From the NCBI GenBank assembly GCA_964576535.1, contig CAZNWB010000008.1:1-60995 (forward strand): a DNA stretch of 60,995 nt, read 5' to 3'. A program made the position numbers and the translations under genes. The DNA is from an uncultured bacterium. GTDB taxonomy: Bacteria; Methylomirabilota; Methylomirabilia; Methylomirabilales; 2-02-FULL-66-22. The notes beneath the pieces are model-generated. The model saw only the letters and a program-made list of their open reading frames with translations, was not told where the DNA came from and did not search any database. Positions 50,046 to 59,305 of the stretch are shown one piece after another. Every line of letters begins with the position of its first letter. The first letter of the stretch is position 1.

Positions 50046-50192
50046 ACCGCAAAGCACGCAGAGAACTCCCTGATATTTCTCGGTGTGCGGATCCGACATC
50101 CCGGAGGGTCCCGGAGATTCTGGACAGTCACATAGCTTGGATTTGCTGAGAAATGTTGGCCCTTTGCGGTCTCTGCGACCTTTGCGGTGAAA
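50046..50192. repeat. Inverted period-9 repeat (CGCAAAGCA / CTTTGCGGT)
   Basis: accgcaaagcacgcagaga ... cctttgcggtctctgcgacctttgcggtg. Confidence 0.65.
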
Positions 50193-50207
50193 AATCTGGG
50201 TTGAATG

Positions 50208-52787
50208 CTACTTGAACGCCGCCGCCGCCGCCAGTATCACAAGACCGAACTGCCCGAAAATCGTGGCGACATCGCGCCACAGCGGAAGCGCGAGGTATTT
50301 GGGCTCGACCGACGGGGGCGCCAGGATGGCATCACCCGGCTCCAGTTCTCGAACCTTCGTGTAGCCGCGGATAACACTGCCGTCAGCCTTAACGATGTAC
50401 ACCTCGTCCTTGTCCGCCTCCTTGCTCAGGCCCCCTGCCTTCTCGATGTAGTACTCCGCCGGCACCCCCGGCGAGTACAACAGCGCCGTTGGGTTCCGAA
50501 CGCTCCCCAGTACTAGGACGGTGGCGGGACGCTCCGGAACGGTCAGCGCATCCCCGTCCTCGAGCGCGATGTCCGACTCGCTTTCTTCGAAGCCCGCAGG
50601 ATCTCCCAACCGGATGACGACCCGCCCTCGAAGGGCGCGCTCTGAAAGCAGGCGCAGGAAGGCCCGGCGTTGCTCGACTGTCTCCCGAATCGCGACGCCT
50701 TGCTGCGCACCGCCGGCCGCTGCCGCAGCCAGCGCGCTGGTTTCGGCGAACAGCCGTCCTTCCTGAACCCGAACGAACTCGTCGAGCTGCTCCTTCTCCT
50801 TCTTCCGGACGGATTCCCGCGTGAATACAGCCGCCTTTGGATACGCCTTATCGGTGAAGCCGCCGGCGCGGCGGATGACCGAGCTCAGCCGTTCTCCCTT
50901 GGTGATGGAATAGGTCCCTGGTCGCTTCACTTCACCACTCAGAGTGAATGTCGCTGGTCCCACCACCTCAGATTGCACGCTGATCTTGTCCATCGGCTGA
51001 AGGACGATGTCCCGGGTTGGATTCGGCGCCGGGTTCGGCACAGGGTTCGAGGCCCACAGATCGTGTGCATCAACGGGGATAATCTCACGAGTGAAGTCGG
51101 GGCGGACCCGGACCACCTCCACGCGATTCAGGTATGCCTCGGGAAGCAGCGTCTCCGGCTTGAGCAGGTCGCTCAGGCGCATGCCCGGCTTCCATTCGTA
51201 TTGGCCCGGCGTTCGGACGAATCCCTCTAAGGTGACGACGTTTTGCAGTCGGTCCTGTGCGGGGAAGACTACGACAACGTCACCGTCTCTGAGCAGCTCC
51301 GATTCTCCCCCTCCCCGCCCCATGCCGAACGGAAGATCCATGATCACCTTCCCTGCGGCACCCTGGACGCGTTCCACCTGAACCCGATCGAGCTGGCCGC
51401 TCGGCAGTGGACCGCCTGCCATAGCAATTAGGGCGCCTACAGACGTGCCGGGACGTAACTCGTATATGGCAGGACGCTTGACCTCACCCGTGATGGCCGC
51501 GACCGGACCGATGGGCGGGACAAAGATCGTATCGCCGGCCTGCAAAGCCGGACCAATGGACCGGTCACCTCGCAGGAGGAAATCATACAGGTCCGCCTCC
51601 TCGAGCATCCGCCCGCTCCGCGTGATCCGAATCGCGCGGAGTGTCCCCATCTTCGTGGGACCGCCGGCCACAAACAGGGCGTCAAGCACGGTGGAGAAGG
51701 GACTGATGGTATAAGCTCCAGGTCGCGCCACTTCACCGACCACGTACACCGCGATGCCGCGGAGTTCGGCCAGGGCCAAGCGCAATTCGAAGCCGGAGTA
51801 ATATCGCGCCAGCCTGGCTTTCAGGACTTCCTCTGCCTGGGTCAATGTGAGGCTCTGCAGCGGCACCGACCCGACTCGAGGGACAAAGGCCGATCCGGTT
51901 CGATCCACCACCAAGGTCACCGAGTCATACAGGGCGGTGCCCGGAATGTTCCACACGTAGAGGATCAGGCTATCCCCCGGCCCAAGTGTGTACTCCGGGC
52001 TCACCGGGAGGTTGCTGGCCGGCATCAGCGTGGGCAGGAGGGTTCGGAAGGCATCATACCCGAATTGAAACAAGTCGCGTGAAATCTGTGGAGCGGTTGG
52101 TGTCCCGCGCCGCACAACCTCGGTGAGCGGTAAGGACGGAGGCTGGAGGAATGCCCGCTCCAGGGGAGAGCGCGGGACTGCCCGCGTGGCCAGGATAGTC
52201 GAGGTATCCAGGACGAAGGAGGCAGAGACCGTGGCCAGGTTCCCAGCCGCATTCTTGATGCTGGCGACGATGGTATTTTGGCCCTCCGTCAGGACCGGCT
52301 GCTGCTCCTGGGCGGTCAACCCGCCAGTCTGGGTCTCCGGGCTGAGGCGCTCCAAGCCAGCGTCGCGACTCGGCTCACCCGCCCGGCGCGGGGCGGGTCG
52401 CCATATAGCCCCGTTCGGTGTCACCTGGAACTGGGAGGTCCGGTCAACGCCATTCACAAACACCCGGAAGGTCCCCGTGTCCAGCTCGCCCCGCGGATCC
52501 TGGTATGTGATGTCGATCCCCTGATCCCTGCGGGTTACGATGGCGCCATTTCGCGGATCCACAATCGTGATGACCGGGAACGCAGACAGCTCCCTGGCCA
52601 CGCGGGGTACCGCCGCTTGTCCGAGCTGGCCCGCCTGCCCCGCCTGCTCCGGAGCCGCCATTCCCGGCGCCTGCGCCGCCACGGGCATCGGGGTCCCCAA
52701 CTGGATCGCCAACACCACCGCCACCCAGCCCCGCACTTGCCTTACTGTGCGACTCACCCTTACATGGCTACGCCACATTTTCGGCAT
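50208..52787 (-). CDS. SLBB-domain polysaccharide export protein (Wza/KpsD family) with an extra N-terminal domain
   Basis: FGYD.F, P...EYTLGPGD, several VVGEV..PG.Y SLBB repeats. Confidence 0.88.
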   Translation of the reverse strand: MPKMWRSHVRVSRTVRQVRGWVAVVLAIQLGTPMPVAAQAPGMAAPEQAGQAGQLGQAAVPRVARELSAFPVITIVDPRNGAIVTRRDQGIDITYQDPRGELDTGTFRVFVNGVDRTSQFQVTPNGAIWRPAPRRAGEPSRDAGLERLSPETQTGGLTAQEQQPVLTEGQNTIVASIKNAAGNLATVSASFVLDTSTILATRAVPRSPLERAFLQPPSLPLTEVVRRGTPTAPQISRDLFQFGYDAFRTLLPTLMPASNLPVSPEYTLGPGDSLILYVWNIPGTALYDSVTLVVDRTGSAFVPRVGSVPLQSLTLTQAEEVLKARLARYYSGFELRLALAELRGIAVYVVGEVARPGAYTISPFSTVLDALFVAGGPTKMGTLRAIRITRSGRMLEEADLYDFLLRGDRSIGPALQAGDTIFVPPIGPVAAITGEVKRPAIYELRPGTSVGALIAMAGGPLPSGQLDRVQVERVQGAAGKVIMDLPFGMGRGGGESELLRDGDVVVVFPAQDRLQNVVTLEGFVRTPGQYEWKPGMRLSDLLKPETLLPEAYLNRVEVVRVRPDFTREIIPVDAHDLWASNPVPNPAPNPTRDIVLQPMDKISVQSEVVGPATFTLSGEVKRPGTYSITKGERLSSVIRRAGGFTDKAYPKAAVFTRESVRKKEKEQLDEFVRVQEGRLFAETSALAAAAAGGAQQGVAIRETVEQRRAFLRLLSERALRGRVVIRLGDPAGFEESESDIALEDGDALTVPERPATVLVLGSVRNPTALLYSPGVPAEYYIEKAGGLSKEADKDEVYIVKADGSVIRGYTKVRELEPGDAILAPPSVEPKYLALPLWRDVATIFGQFGLVILAAAAAFK

Positions 52788-52814
52788 CTCCCACTTGACT
52801 CACCCACTGAAGAA

Positions 52815-52965
52815 CGTACGCCCGTACGCCTGTACGCCTGTACGAAGGTACGCGGCCGGACCTCGCTACTCTTGCATCGCGATCTCGTGTTCTCGATTGG
52901 CACCGTATGTTCGTATCTTCGTACTCCCGTACGCTCTTGTTGGTAATTCCGCATTCCCCATCGCA
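52815..52965 (+). repeat. Composite spacer at the left boundary of the TA array
   Basis: cgtacgcc cgtacgcc tgtacgcc tract, then CGTAC tract + GCTCTTGTTGGTAA + TTCCGCA tract. Confidence 0.75.
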
Positions 52966-52987
52966 GTCGATATCGCTCTGAACCTTG

Positions 52988-53230
52988 TTACTTATACTTC
53001 CGACGAACCTCGGCCAAAGTCTTCACAAGCCCTTGAGCCTTCTGTTTCCGCGCCAATTCTATTGTCCGACGGAATTCGGGATTCTCGACGATCAGATCGT
53101 CCACTACGTCATCGTCCAATACATTCCGCACCACCAGGACCGGGTTTCCCTCAGCGGTGAGAACCAGCGGCTCTCGCTTGGCTTTCAGGATCCTCCTCCG
53201 CAATCTTTCATCCAACGTTTCGATCTTCAT
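52988..53230 (-). CDS. Orphan Phd/YefM-like antitoxin
   Basis: EPLVLT.EGNPVLVV, NPEFRRTIE.AR. Confidence 0.6.
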   Translation of the reverse strand: MKIETLDERLRRRILKAKREPLVLTAEGNPVLVVRNVLDDDVVDDLIVENPEFRRTIELARKQKAQGLVKTLAEVRRKYK

Positions 53231-53280
53231 AGTCTTCAAAGTAATTGCCCAGACAAAACAGATGGAAGTCTAAAGCCGAC

Positions 53281-53496
53281 CTACAAGGAAGAACGCGAGA
53301 CCTCTGGCAATGCAAACTCAATCTTTTTCCCCACCACCTCTGTAGCGTCGATCACCTCAATCCCGATGAGCTTACCCTCCGCGCTAAAATCCGCATGTAC
53401 ACCCGGCATCACGGTAATCGTCTTCGCCGCTTTCACCTCTGGCTCCGCAAAAGCGATATAGAGGAGATCTCGGAGCGGATCGTATTCGACCCTCAT
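53281..53496 (-). CDS. DUF2283 family protein
   Basis: MRVEYD...D.LYI.F, D....GKLIGIEVIDA. Confidence 0.85.
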   Translation of the reverse strand: MRVEYDPLRDLLYIAFAEPEVKAAKTITVMPGVHADFSAEGKLIGIEVIDATEVVGKKIEFALPEVSRSSL

Positions 53497-53741
53497 GACC
53501 TGCCCTCCATCCTGGGAAACCCCGTCCCGTACCTTGCCTTAACGGTCAGTATCATAACAGAATCATCGATCCGTTTGTAGTACACTGTGACTTCCTTCTC
53601 CTCAAAGAACTCTCCTTCCCAGAGGTTATGATATGGAAGCACAAGCACCTTTCCGCTGGTTCCCGGCTTAGAATCGCCGGCCTCCCATCCATCATTGAAC
53701 GCCCTTTCAATTTCATCCTTCGTGACCCCTCGTTGCACCAT
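53493..53741 (-). CDS. DUF4258/BrnT-like putative toxin, possibly N-truncated
   Basis: M.QRGVT.DEI, V.VYY......ILTV; ATGA overlap with DUF2283. Confidence 0.7.
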   Translation of the reverse strand: MVQRGVTKDEIERAFNDGWEAGDSKPGTSGKVLVLPYHNLWEGEFFEEKEVTVYYKRIDDSVMILTVKARYGTGFPRMEGRS

Positions 53742-53949
53742 ACGAACTCGCCTCTCCTTCCTCCACTGCCCGTACTGGCGCTGCGAATCACTTCTGACTC
53801 ACTCCGCGCGACCTCGGCGGAAATGTCCCCCACTTGAATCTAGCACACGTTCGGCCGTCTTGGCATCCCAGTCTTCTAGCTTCCCGGCCTCCCAGCCTCC
53901 AAGCCTCCTGGCATGAGGTACTCCGCAACCCGCATTCCGCATTCCGCAT

Positions 53950-54942
53950 TAGGGCTATTTACTTGACTCAACCTGGCCCCATATATAGTGTCCGGGGCCG
54001 TGATCGAGGATTACCCGCGGAAGCTCATGGAACTCGAACGGCGGTTCGCCACTGAGGACGCCTGCCGACACTACCTCTTCCAGCTCCGCTGGCCGGACGG
54101 GTCGTCTGCCCGCGCTGCGGCGGCACCCAGGCGTGGCCGATGCGCACGGGCCGCTGGCTGTGCGGGGGCTGCCGGCACCAAGCCTCGGTGACCGCCGGCA
54201 CGATCTTCCAGGACAGCCACCTGCCGCTCACCACCTGGTTCCGGGCGCTCTGGTACGTGACGACCCAGAAGCCCGGGGTGAGCGCCCTGGGCCTCCAGCG
54301 GGTCCTGGGGCTCGGGAGCTACAAGACCGCCTGGGCGATGCTCCACAAACTCCGGCGCGCCATGGTCCGCCCGGGGCGAGACCGCCTCCGGGGCACCGTC
54401 GAGGTCGATGAGACCTACTGGGGGGCCGAGGAGGCAGGGGTGATTGGCCGCTGGACCGAGTCCAAGGCCATCCTGATCGTCGCCGCCGAGGCCGACGGAG
54501 CCGGCATCGGCCGGATCCGGATGCGCCACCTCCGGGCGCTGACCCGGGCGCAGGCGCACAAGTTCATCGCCGCCGCCATTGAACCCGGCAGCGTCGTGCG
54601 GACGGACGGCCTGAACATCTACGAGGGCCTGGCGGGCTACGTCCACGATCGCCAGGTCCAACGGCAGCAACCCGAGGGGCAGCACCTGCTGCCGCGGGTG
54701 CACCGCGTGGTCTCGCTCCTGAAGCGCTGGCTCTTGGGCACCCACCAAGGGGCGATCCGCCACGAGCATCTGGACGATTACCTCGATGAGTTCACCTTCC
54801 GGTTCAACCGCCGGAAGTCCGCGTCGCGGGGGAAGCTGTTCTACCGCCTGGCGCAGCAAGCCGTCCAGGTGGAGCCGGTGCCGTTCGTCTCGCTGTCGAA
54901 GCACAAGCTGTAGTACCTGGTTGAGTGAAGTAAATAGCCCTA
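53950..54942 (+). mobile_element. IS1595-family insertion sequence (993 bp)
   Basis: 27-bp TIRs (25/27) TAGGGCTATTTACTT(G/C)ACTCAACC(T/A)GG and 8-bp target duplication TTCCGCAT. Confidence 0.92.
54000..54913 (+). pseudogene. IS1595-family transposase with a 1-bp frameshift near 54101
   Basis: LRWPDG then VCPRC in the -1 frame; Q.SVTAGTIF, VEVDETY, TDG...Y, YLDEF.FRFNRR. Confidence 0.88.
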
Positions 54943-55182
54943 TTCCGCATTGAGCCCGTACCTTGGCACGCTTTTCGTATTCCAGTCAATTCCGCATCCC
55001 TCTCCCCCTGCCGTGGTCAGTGGTCCGTAGCCAGTAGTCAGTGGTCCTTTCTCACGCAGTCTGCGACCACCTTCGTACTCCCGTACCTTCGTACGCCTTT
55101 CCCGTCAAGCGTCCAAGCGTTCCAGCGATTGTGATTCCGGCCTCCTCAGCTTTCCGCGCCCGACCCGCGGTCACGACCATGA

Positions 55183-55211
55183 TTGACATGTAACCCAAGG
55201 TGGGTTATAGA
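55183..55211 (+). promoter_or_regulatory. Sigma70 promoter with palindromic operator
   Basis: TTGACA-N17-TATAGA overlapping TAACCCA-AGG-TGGGTTA. Confidence 0.75.
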
Positions 55212-55232
55212 AGGTGTGAAAGGAGATACCAC

Positions 55233-55508
55233 ATGAAGAGAAAGGCTTTACCCAAAACGGTCCGCCGGAGCGTGGCCTTGTCCCGTCAACTCGTCGAGGA
55301 AGCCAGCGCTCTAGCCCCCCAGGATCTCCGCCAGAACTTCAATCGCCTCGTTACCGTGGCCTTGCAAGAGTTCGCCGCCCGGCAGACGGCACGTACGTTT
55401 GAGGAAGCCATGGCGCAAATGGCGGCCGATCCCGCGATTCGCGCCGAATGTGCCGCGATTTGCCATGACTTCGCCATCGCCGAGGCGGACGGGCTGAAGG
55501 ATGATTAG
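55233..55508 (+). CDS. RHH-type antitoxin
   Basis: RRSVALSR.LVEEA, NFNRLV..ALQE, acidic C-terminus ADGL; AAGGAG RBS; overlaps the toxin. Confidence 0.8.
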   Translation: MKRKALPKTVRRSVALSRQLVEEASALAPQDLRQNFNRLVTVALQEFAARQTARTFEEAMAQMAADPAIRAECAAICHDFAIAEADGLKDD

Positions 55509-55863
55509 CCGCGGCCAGATCTACTTGGTCAACCTCAGTCCCACCCACGGCCGGGAACAAGCTGGGCGACGACCCGTTCTGGTGGTCTCGGCAGACGCCA
55601 TCAATCGCCAGCCGCTCGTGGTCACGGTGGTCGTTGGCACCGACGCAAAGAACGTGCCTCGTGACTATCCGACGAACGTCCGCATGACAGCCAAGGAGAC
55701 CGGTCTTCCGAGAGACAGCGTATTCCTCTGCTTTCAAGTTCGCTCTTTGGATCCAGCCCGTTTCTTCGACCCCAAGACCCACCGTCCAAACCTCGCGGGA
55801 ACCGTTCCATCGGCTCGCATGGCGGAGGTCGAGAGAGCCCTCAGGCTGGTGCTCCATTTGTAA
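55501..55863 (+). CDS. mazF: PemK/MazF toxin
   Basis: RGQIYLVNLSPT.GREQAGRRPVLVVS, TGLP.DS, QVRSLD. Confidence 0.93.
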   Translation: MISRGQIYLVNLSPTHGREQAGRRPVLVVSADAINRQPLVVTVVVGTDAKNVPRDYPTNVRMTAKETGLPRDSVFLCFQVRSLDPARFFDPKTHRPNLAGTVPSARMAEVERALRLVLHL

Positions 55864-56320
55864 GGGGCCCGGGTTCCTTTCCCTCCCCGCTTTCCTCCAC
55901 CTCCCCTCTTCCCTCTTGACCACCGGACACTTATCCCTGAACCTCGCCCCTCAGCATCGGTCTCCAGTCGAATCCGAAATCCACAATCCGAAATCCGAAA
56001 TGGAGAGGCGTCCCAGCCTCCCAGCTTCCTAGCATCCGGGCTTTCCAGCTTTCTTGCCCGCCAACGATCTGATCCCGCATTCAGTCGAGGGATTCGACAT
56101 TCGAAATTCGACATTCGAAATTGAGGTATTTAGCATTCCGCACTTCGCATTCTGCATTTGAGATCGTACCCTCGTACTTTCGTACGTTCGTACGCTTTTG
56201 CTTCTGGTGTTCATTCCGCATTCCCCATTCCGCATTCCGCATTTCGCATTGTGATGATTCCGCAATCCGCATTTGAACCGTACCTCCGTACCCTCGTACT
56301 TTCGTACGCTTTTCGTAGTA
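55864..56320 (+). repeat. Stacked multi-family repeat spacer
   Basis: Successive CTTCCCT, AATCCGA, CCAGCCTC, ATTCGAC, CATTCCG, CGTACCTT tracts. Confidence 0.85.
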
Positions 56321-56350
56321 GGCGTAGGCTTCGCATCCAGCTCTTCATGC

Positions 56351-56399
56351 TTGACAGTCGTGGCAGGCGTAGGTTAAACTTTTCTGAAGTTTGTTTAAC
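56351..56399 (+). promoter_or_regulatory. Sigma70 promoter with inverted-repeat operator
   Basis: TTGACA-N18-TAAACT; GTTAAAC-N13-GTTTAAC. Confidence 0.65.
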
Positions 56400-56420
56400 T
56401 CCAGAGGAAAGGACTTGACT

Positions 56421-56648
56421 ATGCCCACCGTCAAGACACTGGCCAAAGGCCAAATCGTCATCCCGGCAAAGCTCCGCAAGAAGTACCGCATCAGACCTGG
56501 CACCGAGCTTCAGCTCCTCGAATATGGGGGCATCATCTATCTGATCCCACCGGTCGCCGATCCCATCAAGGCTGCCGCCGGTTGTCTCCCCCCGAAGACT
56601 TCTCTCGCCAAGAGGCTGCTAAGAGACCGCACGAAGGGATTTGCGTGA
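56421..56648 (+). CDS. AbrB/MazE/SpoVT family antitoxin
   Basis: KGQIVIPAKLRKKY.I.PG. Confidence 0.9.
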   Translation: MPTVKTLAKGQIVIPAKLRKKYRIRPGTELQLLEYGGIIYLIPPVADPIKAAAGCLPPKTSLAKRLLRDRTKGFA

Positions 56649-57046
56649 CCATGCGATTGGTCTTTGATAGCCATGCGTTGCTCAAATTCTTTCAACAGGG
56701 GCCTGGCGCCGCCAGAGTTGAGCGCTGGCTCCGAATGGCGCAACGCCGCAAGTGGGTCCAATACCTCTGCGCGATCAACCTTGGCGAGATCATCTACATC
56801 ACCAAGGGGCGATTCGGGGATCAGCAAACAATCGCGGTGTTGGCTCACATTCACCGCTTGAAATTCACAATCCTTCCCGTGCCCAACGAGCTCATCTACG
56901 AGGCCGCCGAATTCAAAGCGGAATACGGCATTTCCTATGCAGACTGTTTCGTCCTCGCCTGCGCGATACGGCATGCAGCCAGTATCGTCACGGGTGACCC
57001 CGAGTTCCGCAAGGTCAGTCACCTCGCAAAGATCCACTGGATCTGA
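56645..57046 (+). CDS. vapC: VapC PIN-domain toxin
   Basis: VFDSHALL, INLGEI.Y, ISYADCF, IVTGDPEF. Confidence 0.92.
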   Translation: MTMRLVFDSHALLKFFQQGPGAARVERWLRMAQRRKWVQYLCAINLGEIIYITKGRFGDQQTIAVLAHIHRLKFTILPVPNELIYEAAEFKAEYGISYADCFVLACAIRHAASIVTGDPEFRKVSHLAKIHWI

Positions 57047-57159
57047 AAACTCACTGGCCCATCTCCCCCTTATGTCTCCCGCCTCACCCCTCACGGCCAC
57101 CGGGTTGCCAGCCAGAAGCCTGCTCGCTTTCCAGCCTTCTCGCCGTCCAACCTAAGTGA

Positions 57160-57350
57160 TTTCGCATTCCCCATTTGAAGCGTACCTTCGTACATTCGCA
57201 CCTTCGTACTCTTGTGCGCTCTTGTTGGCAATTCCGCATTCCGAATTCCGTATTTCGCATTCGAGATCGTACCTTCGTACTTTCGTACCTTCGTACGCCT
57301 TTGCCTGTCGAGGCGTCACTGCCTCCTCGCGTCCCAGCGTTCCAGCGATT
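57160..57350 (+). repeat. Composite spacer (CATTCCG / CGTACCTT / GCTCTTGTTGG core / CCAGCGT)
   Basis: Same unit as 52905-52965, 58770-58870 and 59680-59845. Confidence 0.85.
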
Positions 57351-57547
57351 CAGTTCCGCACCTCAAGGGTAAAGAGATTCCGCACCGGGAGCCGCTCGCC
57401 GGCTTCCAAGATTTCCAACGCAACAATCTCGTCCTTGGCGGTTACGTGGAGGATGACCCCCTCTTTGATCTCTACACCCCCGGCAGGACGCTTCGATGAG
57501 AAGCGAATAAACGCGGCATCAACTTTTTTGTCATATCGGACCTTCAT
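57350..57547 (-). CDS. DUF2283 family protein
   Basis: MKVRYD..VDA.FI.F, EI..GVIL, IV.LEILEA. Confidence 0.85.
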   Translation of the reverse strand: MKVRYDKKVDAAFIRFSSKRPAGGVEIKEGVILHVTAKDEIVALEILEAGERLPVRNLFTLEVRN

Positions 57548-57675
57548 CTTTTTTCCCTCCAACGAACTCCCCTCAAAGGATAAGCAGACACTACAACGGG
57601 TTCCTGCTCCACAACGTATACGACTTTCAACGGAAGAGAGCCGAAACGTCCTGGAAATGTTTTATGAGCGATAGA
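57544..57675 (-). pseudogene. C-terminal fragment of a DUF4258-like toxin
   Basis: IAHK......LPLKVVYV.E..PVVVSAYPL with no matching N-terminus; ATGA overlap with DUF2283. Confidence 0.55.
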
Positions 57676-57862
57676 CTGGAGTTTGCTCGACGCGGGATGG
57701 AGCGGTGCCCTGGATGAGTTCGAGAACTCTCCGTGCCACAGGCTCTTCGAGCAGCACCTCATCGGTAAAAGGGTCCGCCAAGACAGGAACCTGCTCCACG
57801 ACGGTTAGCTTTCCCTTGATCCTGAGAGTGATCGCCCGAATTTCTCGCCGAAACTCAGTCAT
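57662..57862 (-). CDS. YgiT-type zinc-finger-like protein lacking cysteines
   Basis: G.LTVVEQVP....PFT.E.L....VA.RV, PSRV.QTPVY. Confidence 0.5.
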   Translation of the reverse strand: MTEFRREIRAITLRIKGKLTVVEQVPVLADPFTDEVLLEEPVARRVLELIQGTAPSRVEQTPVYRS

Positions 57863-57902
57863 TAGAGCGGCACTGGCAGATCGGAAAAAAGCGAGAAACA
57901 GC

Positions 57903-57960
57903 TTGACCCAGAGTCCGGTCGCCCATATACTGTATTTACCGTATCTCCTGGAGATACGGT
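57903..57960 (+). promoter_or_regulatory. Sigma70 promoter with perfect 11-bp inverted operator
   Basis: TTGACC-N17-TATACT; ACCGTATCTCC-T-GGAGATACGGT. Confidence 0.75.
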
Positions 57961-57978
57961 GGAAAGCGAGGTGGCGCC

Positions 57979-58206
57979 ATGTCTCGCGAAAAGATGGTCT
58001 ACATCTCTGAGGAAGCCCACCAGCGACTCAAGTTAATCGCCGCCCGCCGCAACCGCCGAATGGGGCAGCTCGTGGAAGAACTGATCGAACAAGAGCTCGT
58101 TGACCTGGCCAACCCTTGGACAAGCCTGGAAGGCCTGCTCCTTCAGCAGCGCGTCCTGGCCCAAGTCTGGGATGACCCCGCGCTGGATGTGTACGACCAT
58201 GATTGA
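57979..58206 (+). CDS. RHH-type antitoxin
   Basis: VYISEEAHQRLK.IAA....MGQLVEE, C-terminal VWDDP.LDVYD; overlaps the toxin. Confidence 0.8.
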   Translation: MSREKMVYISEEAHQRLKLIAARRNRRMGQLVEELIEQELVDLANPWTSLEGLLLQQRVLAQVWDDPALDVYDHD

Positions 58207-58576
58207 GCTGCGCCGCGGGGATGTCGTGCTCGTCGCCTTTCCCTTTGTTGCCCAGAGCCAACTGCAACGAAAGCGCCGGCCAGCCCTGGTAGTCCAGGCA
58301 GATCGGTATAACCGCCGCCGGGCAGCGGTAATCATCGCGGCCATTACGAGCACCCGAGCTTACGAGCACTTCCCCTGCAAGCTGCCTGTCTCAAAAGACA
58401 GCCCCGAAGGACGCGAAGCCGGGCTCAAAATCGACAGTGTGGTCGACTGTCAAACCCTGGCCACGGTACCGCGGGACGAGATCGTCCGCCGCCTCGGAAG
58501 GTTCCCGCCTGAACTCATGCGCCAGATCGACCACGCCCTGGGGGATGCCCTGGGCCTGATTGCTTCCTCTGCCTAG
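58199..58576 (+). CDS. mazF: PemK/MazF toxin
   Basis: RGDVVLVAFPF, KRRPALVVQ...N, AAITS, GLK.DSVV. Confidence 0.92.
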   Translation: MIELRRGDVVLVAFPFVAQSQLQRKRRPALVVQADRYNRRRAAVIIAAITSTRAYEHFPCKLPVSKDSPEGREAGLKIDSVVDCQTLATVPRDEIVRRLGRFPPELMRQIDHALGDALGLIASSA

Positions 58577-58599
58577 CATGCTGGGACGCGTTTCCAACC

Positions 58600-58900
58600 C
58601 ATCTTTCGTCCCCTCGTACTTTCGTACACCTTTGGTCTCGCGGTTCATTCCGCATTCCGCATTAAACTGCGAAGAGCGTACGACTGTACGAATGTACGAA
58701 TGTACGCGACCGAAACCCGTTATCTTTGCCACCTGATCTCACGTTTGCCATCCGGATCGTATACTCGTACTGGCGTACTTTCGTACTCTCGTACCTTCGT
58801 ACGCTCTTGTTGGTAATTCCGCATTCCGCACTTCGCCGTTCCGCATTCAAGAGGTACCTTCGTACGCGTTTGGCACTTGAACCCTGCCAGCCTACCAGTC
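58600..58900. repeat. Composite spacer including an inverted CGTAC pair and a GCTCTTGTTGG unit
   Basis: cgtacgactgtacgaatgtacgaatgtacg ... cgtactttcgtactctcgtaccttcgtacgctcttgttggtaattccgcattccgc. Confidence 0.85.
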
Positions 58901-58978
58901 CTCTACCGTTTCAGCCCCGTCCAAGCTCAGGTGCTCTCGCCTTTTCGCCACCCGATGAGCTCCAGTCGCACAATCGAG

Positions 58979-59008
58979 TTGACAAATGTGTAGACAGATG
59001 TGTAGACT
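58979..59008 (+). promoter_or_regulatory. Sigma70 promoter with direct-repeat operator
   Basis: TTGACA-N18-TAGACT containing ATGTGTAGAC twice. Confidence 0.7.
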
Positions 59009-59059
59009 TCCTTGTAAACGTAACCGTCCGCTGTTGCATGGTTGAAAAGGAGACGTCCA

Positions 59060-59302
59060 ATGCCGACCACAAGGATCTCAGCGCCGAGCCACCAGGCTCT
59101 CCGGAGGCTTGCAGAACAGTCCGGGGAGTCAATGCAGACCCTCCTTGAAAAGGCCGTTGAGCTTTACCGTCGCCAGCGATTTCTGGAAGAGAGCAACCGG
59201 GCCTTCGAAGCGCTGCGGGCCGATGCCTCGGCTTGGAAGGCCGAACAGGCCGAACGCGAGCTATGGGATATCACCGTGGCCGACGGTCTGGAGAAAGAGT
59301 GA
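59060..59302 (+). CDS. RHH-type antitoxin
   Basis: TTRIS...HQALRRLA.Q.G.SMQ.LLEKAVE.YRR, W D.T.ADGLE. Confidence 0.85.
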   Translation: MPTTRISAPSHQALRRLAEQSGESMQTLLEKAVELYRRQRFLEESNRAFEALRADASAWKAEQAERELWDITVADGLEKE

Positions 59303-59305
59303 GCC

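Noticed and set aside
54085-54110. Programmed -1 frameshift in the transposase
   Set aside because: No slippery heptamer; a single-base deletion in the Phe codon explains it
56029-56453. Short ORFs rich in MRNAECGM / VRRYE peptides (also near 39274, 48100, 52760, 58391, 58662, 59524, 59681)
   Set aside because: Translations of the 7- and 8-mer DNA repeats, not genes
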